From NCBI GenBank assembly GCA_964230645.1, contig CAXRHT010000003.1, positions 459,108 through 523,107 of the forward strand: a stretch of 64,000 nucleotides of DNA, read 5' to 3'. Every line of letters starts with the position of its first letter. The stretch's first letter is position 1. The position numbers were made by a program, and so were the translations under genes. Positions 1 to 9,021 of the stretch are shown one piece after another. The DNA comes from Bdellovibrionales bacterium (lineage in GTDB: Bacteria > Bdellovibrionota > Bdellovibrionia > Bdellovibrionales > JAGQZY01). Under the pieces are notes generated by a model. That model did not search any database. It saw only the letters and a program-made list of their open reading frames with translations, and was not told the DNA's origin.

Positions 1-726
1 ACTGACTCTTTTGTAGAAGTGATGGCGATAAAAGTGCTTGAACGCGGCGCCGGGAATTCTCAAAATGTTGCTAATGGTATTCGTTGGGCTGTTAGAAATG
101 GTGCTGATATTATTAATTTAAGTATTGAGGCTCGCGGGCAGAATCTTCAAATAGAAGACGCCATTAGAGAGGCTGTGGCTGCCGGCGTTTTTATCACTGC
201 GGCTGCGGGGAATCAGTCTGAGCAAATTACCACATCAAACCTTTTTGCTCCCGCTTACCTCGGTCCACAACTAAACGGAGTGATGTCTGTGGGCTCAATT
301 GATGTTACCGATAATCTTCTCTCACTTTTTTCAAACTTTAGTTCGACATTCGTTGAAATCGCAGCCCCTGGAGCTGAAACCTCTAGTAATGCGACAAATG
401 CTGGAGGCATTCTTTCTTTAAACACCGATGGCGGTCTTGCTCGAATTCAAGGAACTTCTCAGTCGACGCCGATGGTTTCAGCGGCCGCCGCCATGATCAT
501 TGGCTTTTTAAAAACCAACAACATTCCCTATAGCCCTGCCGGTGTGGAAAGCTTTATTAAATCGGATGGTTCGATGCTCAATGGTAGTTTAGCTTCTCAA
601 ATTGCCAGTGGTCGAATCCTTCAAATGGGTTTTCTTGCCGAGAACCTTAATGAATATATTAACTCCACCGACAAGCCTAACTTCAACGAAGAGGTCACGA
701 CCGGGAATCTTTGTCGTTTAAACTAA
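1..726 (+). CDS. Subtilisin-like serine protease (peptidase S8), C-terminal part; truncated by the window start
   Basis: The frame is open back to position 1 (TDSFVEV-MAIKVL). Motifs include IINLS, oxyanion-hole AAAGN, 'IAAPG' and catalytic-Ser motif GTSQSTPMVS (canonical GTSMATP). Confidence 0.9.
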   Translation, partial: TDSFVEVMAIKVLERGAGNSQNVANGIRWAVRNGADIINLSIEARGQNLQIEDAIREAVAAGVFITAAAGNQSEQITTSNLFAPAYLGPQLNGVMSVGSIDVTDNLLSLFSNFSSTFVEIAAPGAETSSNATNAGGILSLNTDGGLARIQGTSQSTPMVSAAAAMIIGFLKTNNIPYSPAGVESFIKSDGSMLNGSLASQIASGRILQMGFLAENLNEYINSTDKPNFNEEVTTGNLCRLN

Positions 727-845
727 ATCACAAAAAACCCTTCTATATAGTGAACCAATAAAAAGTTGCTATTTTACGCAAGCTATAAAGTTCACTTGGT
801 TGACAAGGCTTTTGGTGAAGAGCTAACAGTGCTTTAACAAGATGA

Positions 846-927
846 ACTCAAGGGGTGGTTTTTTAAACCTGAGATCCTAACGGAAACCCTATGAACCTGA
901 TGCGGTTTGTACCGCCGGAGGGATGAG
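846..927 (+). ncRNA. TPP (thi-box) riboswitch
   Basis: Conserved thi-box motifs occur in order: GGGG (852-855), CTGAGA (869-874), ACCC (886-889), GAACCTGAT (893-901), CGG...ACCG (903-905/911-914) and AGGGA (919-923). P1 is CTCA (847-850)/TGAG (924-927). Confidence 0.92.
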
Positions 928-2883
928 ATGCTAAAGCTTTTTCTATTATTGTTTTCCGTAACCCACATATATAGTATCGAGAAAATTGAAGTCTTAAGAG
1001 GACAGATCGAAAAGAATGAGCCCTCTTGGTTTTTGAGGACTCAGGCTGAGGATCAGTTTTTACAGACACCTAATTTAAACTTCTCAAGTGGCGGCAATCG
1101 CAGCCGTTTTTTCCAAATAAGAGGAATTGGTGCCCACAGTCAGTACGACACTTTTAATTCTTCCGAAGTAGGCTATTTCTATGAAGGTATTGATCTATCT
1201 GAAAACCCACAAGCCAGCTTCCTTGGGTTTGGCCAAGACTTTTTTATTCATAAAACTTCCCAGACAAGCGATTGGGGTGGGGGAGCAATGGGTGGCATGG
1301 CGGAGCTTTCTCATTGCTCGCCGGAGTATTGTCCAAGGCTAAGAAGCTCCATCCTTATCAATAATAGCCCCGGGGCAAGCCTTGTGCTTTCCGTTCCCTT
1401 AGAGATTTCAGAAAACTGGTGGGTGAGTTTTCAGGGAGCAAGGAGAATTGAGGAGGGATTCCAATTTAATAATTTTTTAAGTGATAAAACAGGAGGAAGG
1501 GATGAGAGCTTTTATGAAATCCATCAATATTTTGCTTTGGAAAAATTGGCTATCGAAACTCACCACCTTCACAGTGATTTAAACAATGGCTATGACCATT
1601 TTTCTCACAACAACAATCGCATCACCCATTCCGACCGGCCAGGGAAAGAAAGTTTAGACATATGGGGCCATTCGTTAAGACTTACACGCAACTGGCAGAG
1701 TGTCGCGGTTAGTTTTCTCACAAGCTTGAGTCAGTCCGATTTCAATCAGTCTTTTGATGAAGATTGGCGCAATGATGAGTACTGGCAGACTCTTCCCGGT
1801 TGGAATCAGAATTACGATTACCACAGTGAAAATCAGTTTAAGAAAACGAAATGGCACAACAAACTAGAGCTTGATGCAAAAAGTTGGAAGCTTGGCATCC
1901 ATGCCTACCAATTTGAAGACGAACTTGAAAATGAAGGCTTTGAAGATGTGGCCTCACGCGGCTTAACAAGAGGAGAAATGCTGCGCCAAGGGCTGGCCCT
2001 TTTCTCTGAGGTGAGTTTACTTTCAAACTCTTCGAAACGTATGAGTCTTAAGGCAAGGGGAGACTGGCAGGAAACCCAACTTATAAGTCCTCAAGAAAAA
2101 TTAGATCAAAACTTTTTTTACTCTTTTGAAACCTCCTACCGGCAGAATCTTAGCTTTACAGAGATGAATTGGACCTTAGGACGCTCTTACCGAGGAGGGG
2201 GGTACAACCTTGAGGCCTCAGCCGTTGGGGAGAGGAGAAGCTTTGAGCCTGAGACTTTTTATTTTATCCAGTCTGAATTCAATGAGCTCTTTGGGTTCAA
2301 TAATGAGCAGTGGACCTTGTTTTATCATTTTAGAGAAAACCAGCAATTGCGAACCTCCTTTCAAGACGATCTTAACGACCCCTCAAGTTTTACCACAATC
2401 ACTCAAAACTCTGGAAACTCTGAAGCCTTTGGTATTGAGTGGGAGAAATCAGTAGAGGTTGATCCCTTCTTGTTTCAAATCTCACTCGGTGGTCTTTTTT
2501 CTCATTTTAAAGAGTATCAGTCTCCATCGGGATCACTAAAAGGGAGGCAAACGCCTTATGCGCCACTTTATAGTTTTAGGCTCTTAAGCCGCTATCAGTT
2601 CACTCAAAATTTCAATCTGGAAATGCTTTTTTACGGAAAAGATGAGTTTTACTTTTCCAATAGTCACAATCAGAAATCCACCGCTTTTGAATTACTTGAT
2701 TTGTCTTTCAATTATCAAATGGGTGCTTTTAGTACTTCCATCTTTGTTAAGAACTTGCTGGATCGTACTTACGCACAAAGGGGCTTTTATTTTAGTAATG
2801 AACCACCTACCTGGCGGACTGAGCTTTATACTCAGCCAGAGCCACCTAGAATTTTTGGGGTGCAGATTTCTTATTTCTTGTAA
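928..2883 (+). CDS. TonB-dependent receptor, probable thiamine uptake
   Basis: ATG at 928 follows GGAGGG and gives a signal peptide (MLKLFLLLFSV); the ORF track start at 907 lies inside the riboswitch. Plug motif PNLNFSSGGNRSRFFQIRGIG, barrel motifs 'VKNLLDRTY' and a C-terminal 'PRIFGVQISYF'. Substrate is inferred from the TPP riboswitch. Confidence 0.88.
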   Translation: MLKLFLLLFSVTHIYSIEKIEVLRGQIEKNEPSWFLRTQAEDQFLQTPNLNFSSGGNRSRFFQIRGIGAHSQYDTFNSSEVGYFYEGIDLSENPQASFLGFGQDFFIHKTSQTSDWGGGAMGGMAELSHCSPEYCPRLRSSILINNSPGASLVLSVPLEISENWWVSFQGARRIEEGFQFNNFLSDKTGGRDESFYEIHQYFALEKLAIETHHLHSDLNNGYDHFSHNNNRITHSDRPGKESLDIWGHSLRLTRNWQSVAVSFLTSLSQSDFNQSFDEDWRNDEYWQTLPGWNQNYDYHSENQFKKTKWHNKLELDAKSWKLGIHAYQFEDELENEGFEDVASRGLTRGEMLRQGLALFSEVSLLSNSSKRMSLKARGDWQETQLISPQEKLDQNFFYSFETSYRQNLSFTEMNWTLGRSYRGGGYNLEASAVGERRSFEPETFYFIQSEFNELFGFNNEQWTLFYHFRENQQLRTSFQDDLNDPSSFTTITQNSGNSEAFGIEWEKSVEVDPFLFQISLGGLFSHFKEYQSPSGSLKGRQTPYAPLYSFRLLSRYQFTQNFNLEMLFYGKDEFYFSNSHNQKSTAFELLDLSFNYQMGAFSTSIFVKNLLDRTYAQRGFYFSNEPPTWRTELYTQPEPPRIFGVQISYFL

Positions 2884-3717
2884 TTAGCCTAGAAGCTTTA
2901 GAGCCATATTTTTGATTTGATTGGCTTGCCCGAGAACCGAAGCCCCTGACTGCATCAAGATATTTTGCTTCGCCAGTTCTGCGGTTTCCTCCGCCACATC
3001 TGTATCTCGTATTCGACTGTTAGCAGCCGATAGATTCTCGTGAGCTACGGCGAGATTGTTCATGGTTGAAATCAGTCGATTCTGAAGAGCACCGAAATTG
3101 GCTCTCATTTTATTCACTCGAAGCATCGCTTCATCAATCACACCCAAAGTGTTCTGAGCTCCTTGTTTTGAAGAGATCGCTTCAGCGGCAATGCCAAGAC
3201 TAGTGAGGCCTGCATTAGCCTCGCCAGAGTCAAAGCTTATGCGGTCATTAAACGGGTTATTATGGACACCCACTTGAAAATCAAGAAGTCCACCGGTTCC
3301 GTTTAAAAGATTTGTGCTGTTAAATTGAGTGACTTCAGAAACACGTTCAATTTCATTTTTTAACTGTTGAAATTCCACATCGGTAAATGACCTCTCACGG
3401 TCACCAACAGTGTCAGAAGAGGATTGGATGGCAAGCTCACGCATACGAATAAGCATATTACTAATTTCAGAGAGTCCACCTTCAGCCACCTGCACCATAG
3501 AGACACCATCTTGGGCGTTACGGTTGGCCTGTTTGAGCCCACGAATTTGAGCGCGAAGATTTTCGGAGATGGCAAGCCCTGCGGCATCGTCAGCAGCACG
3601 GTTGATCCTATATCCAGAGCTTAAACGCTCAAGAGACTTCATCATTTTCAAGTTCGTATTGAAAAGTTGCCTTTGTGCATTGATGGATGGAATATTAGTC
3701 GCTATCCGTAATGACAT
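2884..3717 (-). CDS. fliC: Flagellin (277 aa)
   Basis: N-terminal SSGYRINRAADDAAGLAISE and QVAEGGL; C-terminal RANFGALQNRL and SRIRDTDVAEETAELAKQNIL. Confidence 0.97.
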   Translation of the reverse strand: MSLRIATNIPSINAQRQLFNTNLKMMKSLERLSSGYRINRAADDAAGLAISENLRAQIRGLKQANRNAQDGVSMVQVAEGGLSEISNMLIRMRELAIQSSSDTVGDRERSFTDVEFQQLKNEIERVSEVTQFNSTNLLNGTGGLLDFQVGVHNNPFNDRISFDSGEANAGLTSLGIAAEAISSKQGAQNTLGVIDEAMLRVNKMRANFGALQNRLISTMNNLAVAHENLSAANSRIRDTDVAEETAELAKQNILMQSGASVLGQANQIKNMALKLLG

Positions 3718-3899
3718 TTAAAAAATCCCCTCAACCCTTAAGTCCAGTCCTTAAACTTCAGAGTCCATTGTTTATAAATGATATTCATTTCATTCTTATC
3801 AAAAGTATTCGTCTAACTTTTAATCGGAGCCTGACCCGTATTGATAAAGTCTAGTTTTCAGATTTGCGTCTAGTGAGGTATAGTACTAAGAATAGGTAA

Positions 3900-4421
3900 T
3901 TGGTTTTTATGTTCGATTTAAGAGAAACGTTAGAGAAAGCAGCAAAAGCTCTGCAATCAAAAAACATCCCGTTTGCCCTAATAGGCGGATTCGCTTTAGG
4001 CTCTCATGGAATTCATCGAGCCACTCAAGATGTCGATTTCCTTGTTGCAGGTGAGCATAAGGAAGAGGCAAAGCAATCGCTATTAGAAATTGGTTTTAAG
4101 GTTGTCTATCAGTCTAATGAGGTTTTACAACTTGAGGGGCCTGGTTACTTAGATATTCTTTTTGCTAATAGACCTCTTTCATTAGAAATGCTTTCTCAAG
4201 CAGTCGATTCATCGATCTCAGGGATAAAAGTGGTTTCACCTGAAGGTATAATCGGATTAAAAATTCAAGCCTATATGAATGATGAAGATAGGAAGCTACA
4301 AGATCTTGCCGATATTCAAAATTTAATCAATCTGGACCAAATTGATTTAGCCAATGTAAAAAAATATGCTGATTTATTTAATCAATGGGATGTCGTGAAA
4401 GCACTAAGGAAAGACAAATGA
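3900..4421 (+). CDS. Pol-beta-superfamily nucleotidyltransferase (DUF6036/AbiEii-like)
   Basis: Motif ALIGGFALGSHGIHRATQDVDFLV (GG...R.T.DxD) and C-terminal 'LKIQA...R..QDLADI'. The start may be ATG 3909. Confidence 0.78.
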   Translation: MVFMFDLRETLEKAAKALQSKNIPFALIGGFALGSHGIHRATQDVDFLVAGEHKEEAKQSLLEIGFKVVYQSNEVLQLEGPGYLDILFANRPLSLEMLSQAVDSSISGIKVVSPEGIIGLKIQAYMNDEDRKLQDLADIQNLINLDQIDLANVKKYADLFNQWDVVKALRKDK

Positions 4422-4522
4422 AATTACAACAATATCTTGATTTTATCGAAGAATATTGGCGTCTTTTTCCCAAGCCAAAACCCAGAAAAAAAATAGATAA
4501 AATGGAGAACATGCTTCTTTAA
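4418..4522 (+). CDS. 34-aa small protein absent from the ORF track (MKLQQYLDFIEEYWRLFPKPKPRKKIDKMENMLL)
   Basis: Translated by hand. Its ATG overlaps the nucleotidyltransferase stop (ATGA, 4418-4421), suggesting translational coupling; stop TAA at 4520-4522. Confidence 0.6.
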   Translation: MKLQQYLDFIEEYWRLFPKPKPRKKIDKMENMLL

Positions 4523-4666
4523 AACAGAGGCCAGGTCGTGTTGCTTGGCCCCTGAAGAGCAGGTTCCTGTACTGTGTGAGTACAGGATTATGAGATCAAT
4601 GCGGACTCCGGCAGGGGAGGCGTGTGGTCTACACGCCTTACCTAAGAGACCGTCGTTCTTTCTTTA

Positions 4667-5512
4667 TTAAGAGAAAGAACTGTTCAAGAGTTGTAATGAA
4701 GCTTTAGCTGTTTGGTTCGCTTGTGCTAACACCGAGGTACCGGCTTGAAGCAGAATGTTTTGCTTCGTTAGGTTGGCGGTTTCTTCAGCCACATCCACAT
4801 CGCGGATTCGACTGTTAGCAGCAGCCATGTTTTCAAGCGAGATGGCCAAGTTATTGATCGTGGACATCAGCCTGTTTTGCATAGCTCCAAAGTCCGCTCT
4901 CATTGCTGATGTTGCCACAATGGCCTCATCAATCGCAGCGAGCGAGTTTTGTGCGGATGCCTTGTCAGACACGGAAGTTAAATTCACTCCCAGGGCTGCA
5001 CTGTTGGCGTCGGCTTTTGAAGCGTCAAAGCTGAGTCGGTCAATATTGGGATCGTTTCTTGTTCCTACTTGGAAATCAAGGATCGCTCCTGTTCCACTCA
5101 GTAGGGGTGTCCCGTTAAATTCTGTACTATCAGCAATTCGGTCAACTTCATCAACCAATTGTTGGTATTCTACATCAAGAAGTTGTCTTTCGACAGGGCC
5201 AATGGTGTCCGAGGCCGCCTGAACTCCGAGCTCTCTTAATCGAATCAGGATGTTTGAAATTTCCTGCATTCCACCTTCAGCTACTTGTAGCATAGACACA
5301 CCATCTTGGGCGTTTCTCCAGGCCACTTTGAGTCCGCGAATTTGACCTCGCAAGTTTTCAGAGATTGCTAAGCCTGCCGCATCATCACCGGCACGGTTAA
5401 TTCTGTAACCAGAACTTAACTTCTCCAAGCTTTTATCCATGGCTATCTTAGTACCGTACAAATTCCTTTGTGCGTTTAAAGACGCCGTGTTCGTATTAAT
5501 TCGTAGGCCCAT
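4667..5512 (-). CDS. fliC: Flagellin (281 aa)
   Basis: MGLRINTN, SSGYRINRAGDDAAGLAISE and SRIRDVDVAEETANLTKQNIL; RBS AAGGAGG upstream. Confidence 0.97.
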   Translation of the reverse strand: MGLRINTNTASLNAQRNLYGTKIAMDKSLEKLSSGYRINRAGDDAAGLAISENLRGQIRGLKVAWRNAQDGVSMLQVAEGGMQEISNILIRLRELGVQAASDTIGPVERQLLDVEYQQLVDEVDRIADSTEFNGTPLLSGTGAILDFQVGTRNDPNIDRLSFDASKADANSAALGVNLTSVSDKASAQNSLAAIDEAIVATSAMRADFGAMQNRLMSTINNLAISLENMAAANSRIRDVDVAEETANLTKQNILLQAGTSVLAQANQTAKASLQLLNSSFS

Positions 5513-5597
5513 GACTTCCTCCTTGAAAGTATGAATGCATCAGTTCCTTCGATGCAGGAGTACTTAAACTCCAAGGGCGATTTAACTATCACCTGGC

Positions 5598-5624
5598 TAT
5601 TCGGTGTTTCAGTCTGGGACTTTA
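5598..5624 (-). promoter_or_regulatory. Putative sigma28 (FliA) promoter of flagellin 4667-5512
   Basis: Minus strand TAAA-N15-ACCGAATA versus consensus TAAA-N15-GCCGATAA. Confidence 0.6.
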
Positions 5625-5779
5625 AGAAATATTCTCATTTTTAGGCATTTCTGGGCTAAAGGACTGTAAAAAGGCTAATCAAATCGAAAATAAGATTTTT
5701 AGAGGTTGGTTGGTAATTAATGAAAAAGATTATTAGAAGGGATTCCAGTAAAATTGGGAGATCCCTTCTTAATATAAGG

Positions 5780-6463
5780 TTACATAGAAATGTAGGATTC
5801 TGTGGGCTGTTGATAATTACGATAGCTCTTAGTTTCTTCTAAATACTCAAGCACTCGCCGAGTTTCAGCGCCACTGGTTCTATCTTCACTTCTATCGTCG
5901 TTGTCTGCGTCAGCAATGGGTGTCGTCGGCTCTGGACTTTCATCTTCTGAATCTGCTACAACATTAGGTTCTTCCTCCGAATCGTCGTCGCCTTGATCGT
6001 CTGCGATTTCGCCTGCGATATCAGAAAAGTGGTTTTCAGGATTCTCTTCTTCTTCCTGCCGAATCTGGGCGTCATCGGGTAGTGCATTGGAAACCTCAGC
6101 AACCTGAAGTAAGGTCAAACCATTAAGATCAGAACAATTAAATGTGGCATTGTTGTTGATAGCTAGACCTTGGCAGTTTTGGTTACACTGCATGAGAGTC
6201 GTTTGAACTCGACGAACATAAGTATGCACTCGGCTTCCCGGCTCGTAGTCTCCATCGGTGAGACGAAAGGTTGATAAAGGTTGATTGAGCGGGTTACGAA
6301 ACTCTCCTAATATATCGTTAAACAGAAAAGCATTTGTTCTTAGCTCCATTAAGGGCGAGAGAAACTCTTTGCATTGAGCTCCATTGGTGACCTCTGCATT
6401 GGAAAAACTAGAACCAAGGCAAATAAATGCGAGGAGTATGAGTTTCAACTGAAATTTAAACAT
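5780..6463 (-). CDS. Secreted hypothetical protein with Cys-containing N-domain and acidic low-complexity tail
   Basis: Signal peptide ending SNA/E, several Cys residues, a D/E-rich C-terminal half, and RBS GGAGGA. Confidence 0.8.
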   Translation of the reverse strand: MFKFQLKLILLAFICLGSSFSNAEVTNGAQCKEFLSPLMELRTNAFLFNDILGEFRNPLNQPLSTFRLTDGDYEPGSRVHTYVRRVQTTLMQCNQNCQGLAINNNATFNCSDLNGLTLLQVAEVSNALPDDAQIRQEEEENPENHFSDIAGEIADDQGDDDSEEEPNVVADSEDESPEPTTPIADADNDDRSEDRTSGAETRRVLEYLEETKSYRNYQQPTESYISM

Positions 6464-6498
6464 GGAAATCCTCCAAATTTCGTTACAACCTATGAAAT

Positions 6499-6514
6499 TG
6501 CAAAGCCCAGGCCA
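6499..6514 (-). promoter_or_regulatory. Putative sigma54 promoter of 5780-6463
   Basis: Minus strand TGGCCTGGGCTTTGCA has GG-N10-GC spacing and TTGCA at -12, about 35 nt upstream of the start. Confidence 0.5.
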
Positions 6515-6768
6515 CGTCAGACTGGATTTGTTTGTATTTGAGACAGAAATGACATTTTACGTTCGCTAAGCGTCGAATTTCTAAACAGTCATGCTAATAG
6601 TGGTGGGCCCATTCTGCTGAAATTGCCTTGGGACAAAGCTGCCAAGCAAGCTTGTCAAAGGTCTAGTTTTGTTAAATCTCCTGTTTCAAAGGCCATGCCG
6701 TCCTACAAATTTTCTTATAAGTGTGGATAATTGAAGATGGAGATATTTGAAATATTGGAGATGCCATA

Positions 6769-9021
6769 ATGAATGGAATAAAAAGATTGAGTGTAATTGT
6801 TCTTTGTTTATTCTTTGTTTCCTGTACCAATAACAAAGATAAAGCAGAGGTAAGTCAAAAGAATTCCCAAACTCGAAGTATCGCATCTACGAAACAAGGC
6901 CGTTTGAAACTGCAATTGATTAAGAGAAAAAGGGCCAAGTTATTAGGGGAAATTAAACGAGCCACAAAAGGATTTAGAGTTCCTCAAGTTTACTTGAATC
7001 GTTTGCCTTTAAATCGTCAGCAAGCCTATATCGAAATGTTTGTTAAAAATGCTCGTGATTTGCAAGAGATCGTTCACAAGAAAGGGAAAGTTGCCCTTAA
7101 TGAAAGAAAGGTGGAAGAAGAGCTCAACCATCTCTTTTTTCCGAAGGCCTATGCTCAGTCGGAAGGTGTTGTTTGTCCGAACGCGGCTTGGGTGATCAGA
7201 ATCAGAGCGAATTCCTGTAATCGATCGACATGGGGATTTGACCCAGCCCAAGAACCTGGAGTGACGGAATACATTCCTGAGCGACCGATCTGGAATGATA
7301 GTGTTCTTCGTTGCGCCAGAGTGCAAGGTGTAGTTTGTCCTGCTGCCGGGTGGGAGATTGTTGAAGGCGAAGCAAGACTAATGTGTACGACCAGTGGTTC
7401 AACCCAATCTTGTCTGAATTCTTATGGCTCCAATAGAAACCGAATTGATGACATGAGAGAAGCATGCCGTCCTAACAACCCTGACCAAACACTTTCCATT
7501 GCAAGTAACATGGATTGTAATCAGTTCAGAGAAGCGGAACAAAACTATATAAGAATGTTTGAGGACAACTGTAGAGGTGCTTCCGGTGTCGTTGAGCGAA
7601 TGTGTGATAATATCGCAGGTGCCGTTGAAGCCATCCAACAAGAAGTTGTTAATGCTACAGAGCCAGATCCGGAAGATACATTACCAGACACAGAATCTTG
7701 TCGAATGATTTCTGGGCGCCATATGCAGGATGCCGTAGAAGGTGAGGGAATGTCAGAGCATTGGTCTGCACTAATGCACATAAGCCGCAATGCCTGCGGA
7801 CATAGAGAGGGACCAGATGCGTTGGCTCAGAACCGTTACGGAACTTGTTCGCAAGCTTTCCCGAGTCCTCGTGGAAACTATGATATAAACAATTTGACGA
7901 CAGACTTTGATACCAACAACCCAACCGCGATCATGAACTTTGTTCAGCAGTTCGGGTACACGCCAAGTCAATATGAAGCTCTACTTTGTAGAAATCAAAA
8001 TGGCCATGTTGATAGTCCGGGTGAGTTTAGAGCTCGTCTAGATAACCGATTGGATCAATATGCCACTCAATCAAAACTTGAGCTTATCCGTCGAATTTCA
8101 AGAATGAGCGATTTCAATGGTGTTAATCTTCATACTTACTTTTCGGGGCAAAATCGATCCAAATACCGTCCCATGGCCGAGTGGTTTGGGGACCTTTATG
8201 GCAGAGTGTCTCGACGTATCCAAACAGATGGAGATGATCCTGCGACTCTAGAAAGAGAAATTAATAACAATTCAACAATGGTTCAAGACGCTCGAGATTT
8301 TATTTCGGGTTTAAGATCTCAAATTGCTGGTAACACTCCCATTGGAAATTTTGATCGCTTGCTAAGTGCATTTATGAACAATCAAGGGGATCGCTATTCG
8401 GGTTCCACAGCCAATCGATTTCGCTATGCCGTTTTATTGCAAATGAGAGATATGATGGTTCCAACCGATCTAAACAATCAGGTAGAGGCTGCGGAAAACT
8501 GGTTTGCTAGCTGTAAAAATGAGATCGGTACAGAAAATGATCCAGGATATAGTGAAGCTACTGGCGAGCGTCGTGTGACTCTTGATTCCAACGCTAGATG
8601 TGAATACCGAAGAGTGGAAGATCCAGAGTCTTTTGGTTATTTCCACAACGGTGACGACCCTTATATCATTATGAGTAATTCCAATAATCAGTGTTTGCAG
8701 GCTGTTACTGTGCAAAGAAATGCAAGTGGCGACTGTACAGGAACAACTCCGGGGTATGGGATAGAACAGCAAACTCAAACGGACCCTCGTTCTGGTCAGA
8801 CGGACACAGGTTATATGGTGACTGTTCAACCTCCAGGGCGGACCGACTGCTCGACATCTAATACTTTAGATCTTACCAGTCGTGCGAATTTTCCTGCGGG
8901 AGGAAACCGAGGCTTTTCGATTTTCCAATATGATTGTGGTCTTGAGTGGAATGCTCAAAACAGAGAAGATGAGGAAGACACCCGTCAGCCAACGGAGCCT
9001 GCAGGTGGCATCTCGATTTAA
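6769..9021 (+). CDS. Cys-rich hypothetical lipoprotein (750 aa)
   Basis: Lipobox-like FVSC at residue 19, a repeated GVVCPxAxW motif, and many Cys residues. No family was recognised. Confidence 0.8.
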   Translation: MNGIKRLSVIVLCLFFVSCTNNKDKAEVSQKNSQTRSIASTKQGRLKLQLIKRKRAKLLGEIKRATKGFRVPQVYLNRLPLNRQQAYIEMFVKNARDLQEIVHKKGKVALNERKVEEELNHLFFPKAYAQSEGVVCPNAAWVIRIRANSCNRSTWGFDPAQEPGVTEYIPERPIWNDSVLRCARVQGVVCPAAGWEIVEGEARLMCTTSGSTQSCLNSYGSNRNRIDDMREACRPNNPDQTLSIASNMDCNQFREAEQNYIRMFEDNCRGASGVVERMCDNIAGAVEAIQQEVVNATEPDPEDTLPDTESCRMISGRHMQDAVEGEGMSEHWSALMHISRNACGHREGPDALAQNRYGTCSQAFPSPRGNYDINNLTTDFDTNNPTAIMNFVQQFGYTPSQYEALLCRNQNGHVDSPGEFRARLDNRLDQYATQSKLELIRRISRMSDFNGVNLHTYFSGQNRSKYRPMAEWFGDLYGRVSRRIQTDGDDPATLEREINNNSTMVQDARDFISGLRSQIAGNTPIGNFDRLLSAFMNNQGDRYSGSTANRFRYAVLLQMRDMMVPTDLNNQVEAAENWFASCKNEIGTENDPGYSEATGERRVTLDSNARCEYRRVEDPESFGYFHNGDDPYIIMSNSNNQCLQAVTVQRNASGDCTGTTPGYGIEQQTQTDPRSGQTDTGYMVTVQPPGRTDCSTSNTLDLTSRANFPAGGNRGFSIFQYDCGLEWNAQNREDEEDTRQPTEPAGGISI

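Noticed and set aside
3821-3847. FliA promoter for the first flagellin (minus-strand TCCGATTA)
   Set aside because: The -10 is plausible but there is no TAAA-like -35 at the expected spacing, so it is not listed as a feature.
4755-5222. 155-aa ORF antisense to a flagellin (and similar ORFs at 3360-3624, 14774-14956 and 16075-16836)
   Set aside because: They overlap conserved flagellin sequence entirely and reflect codon-bias shadow frames.
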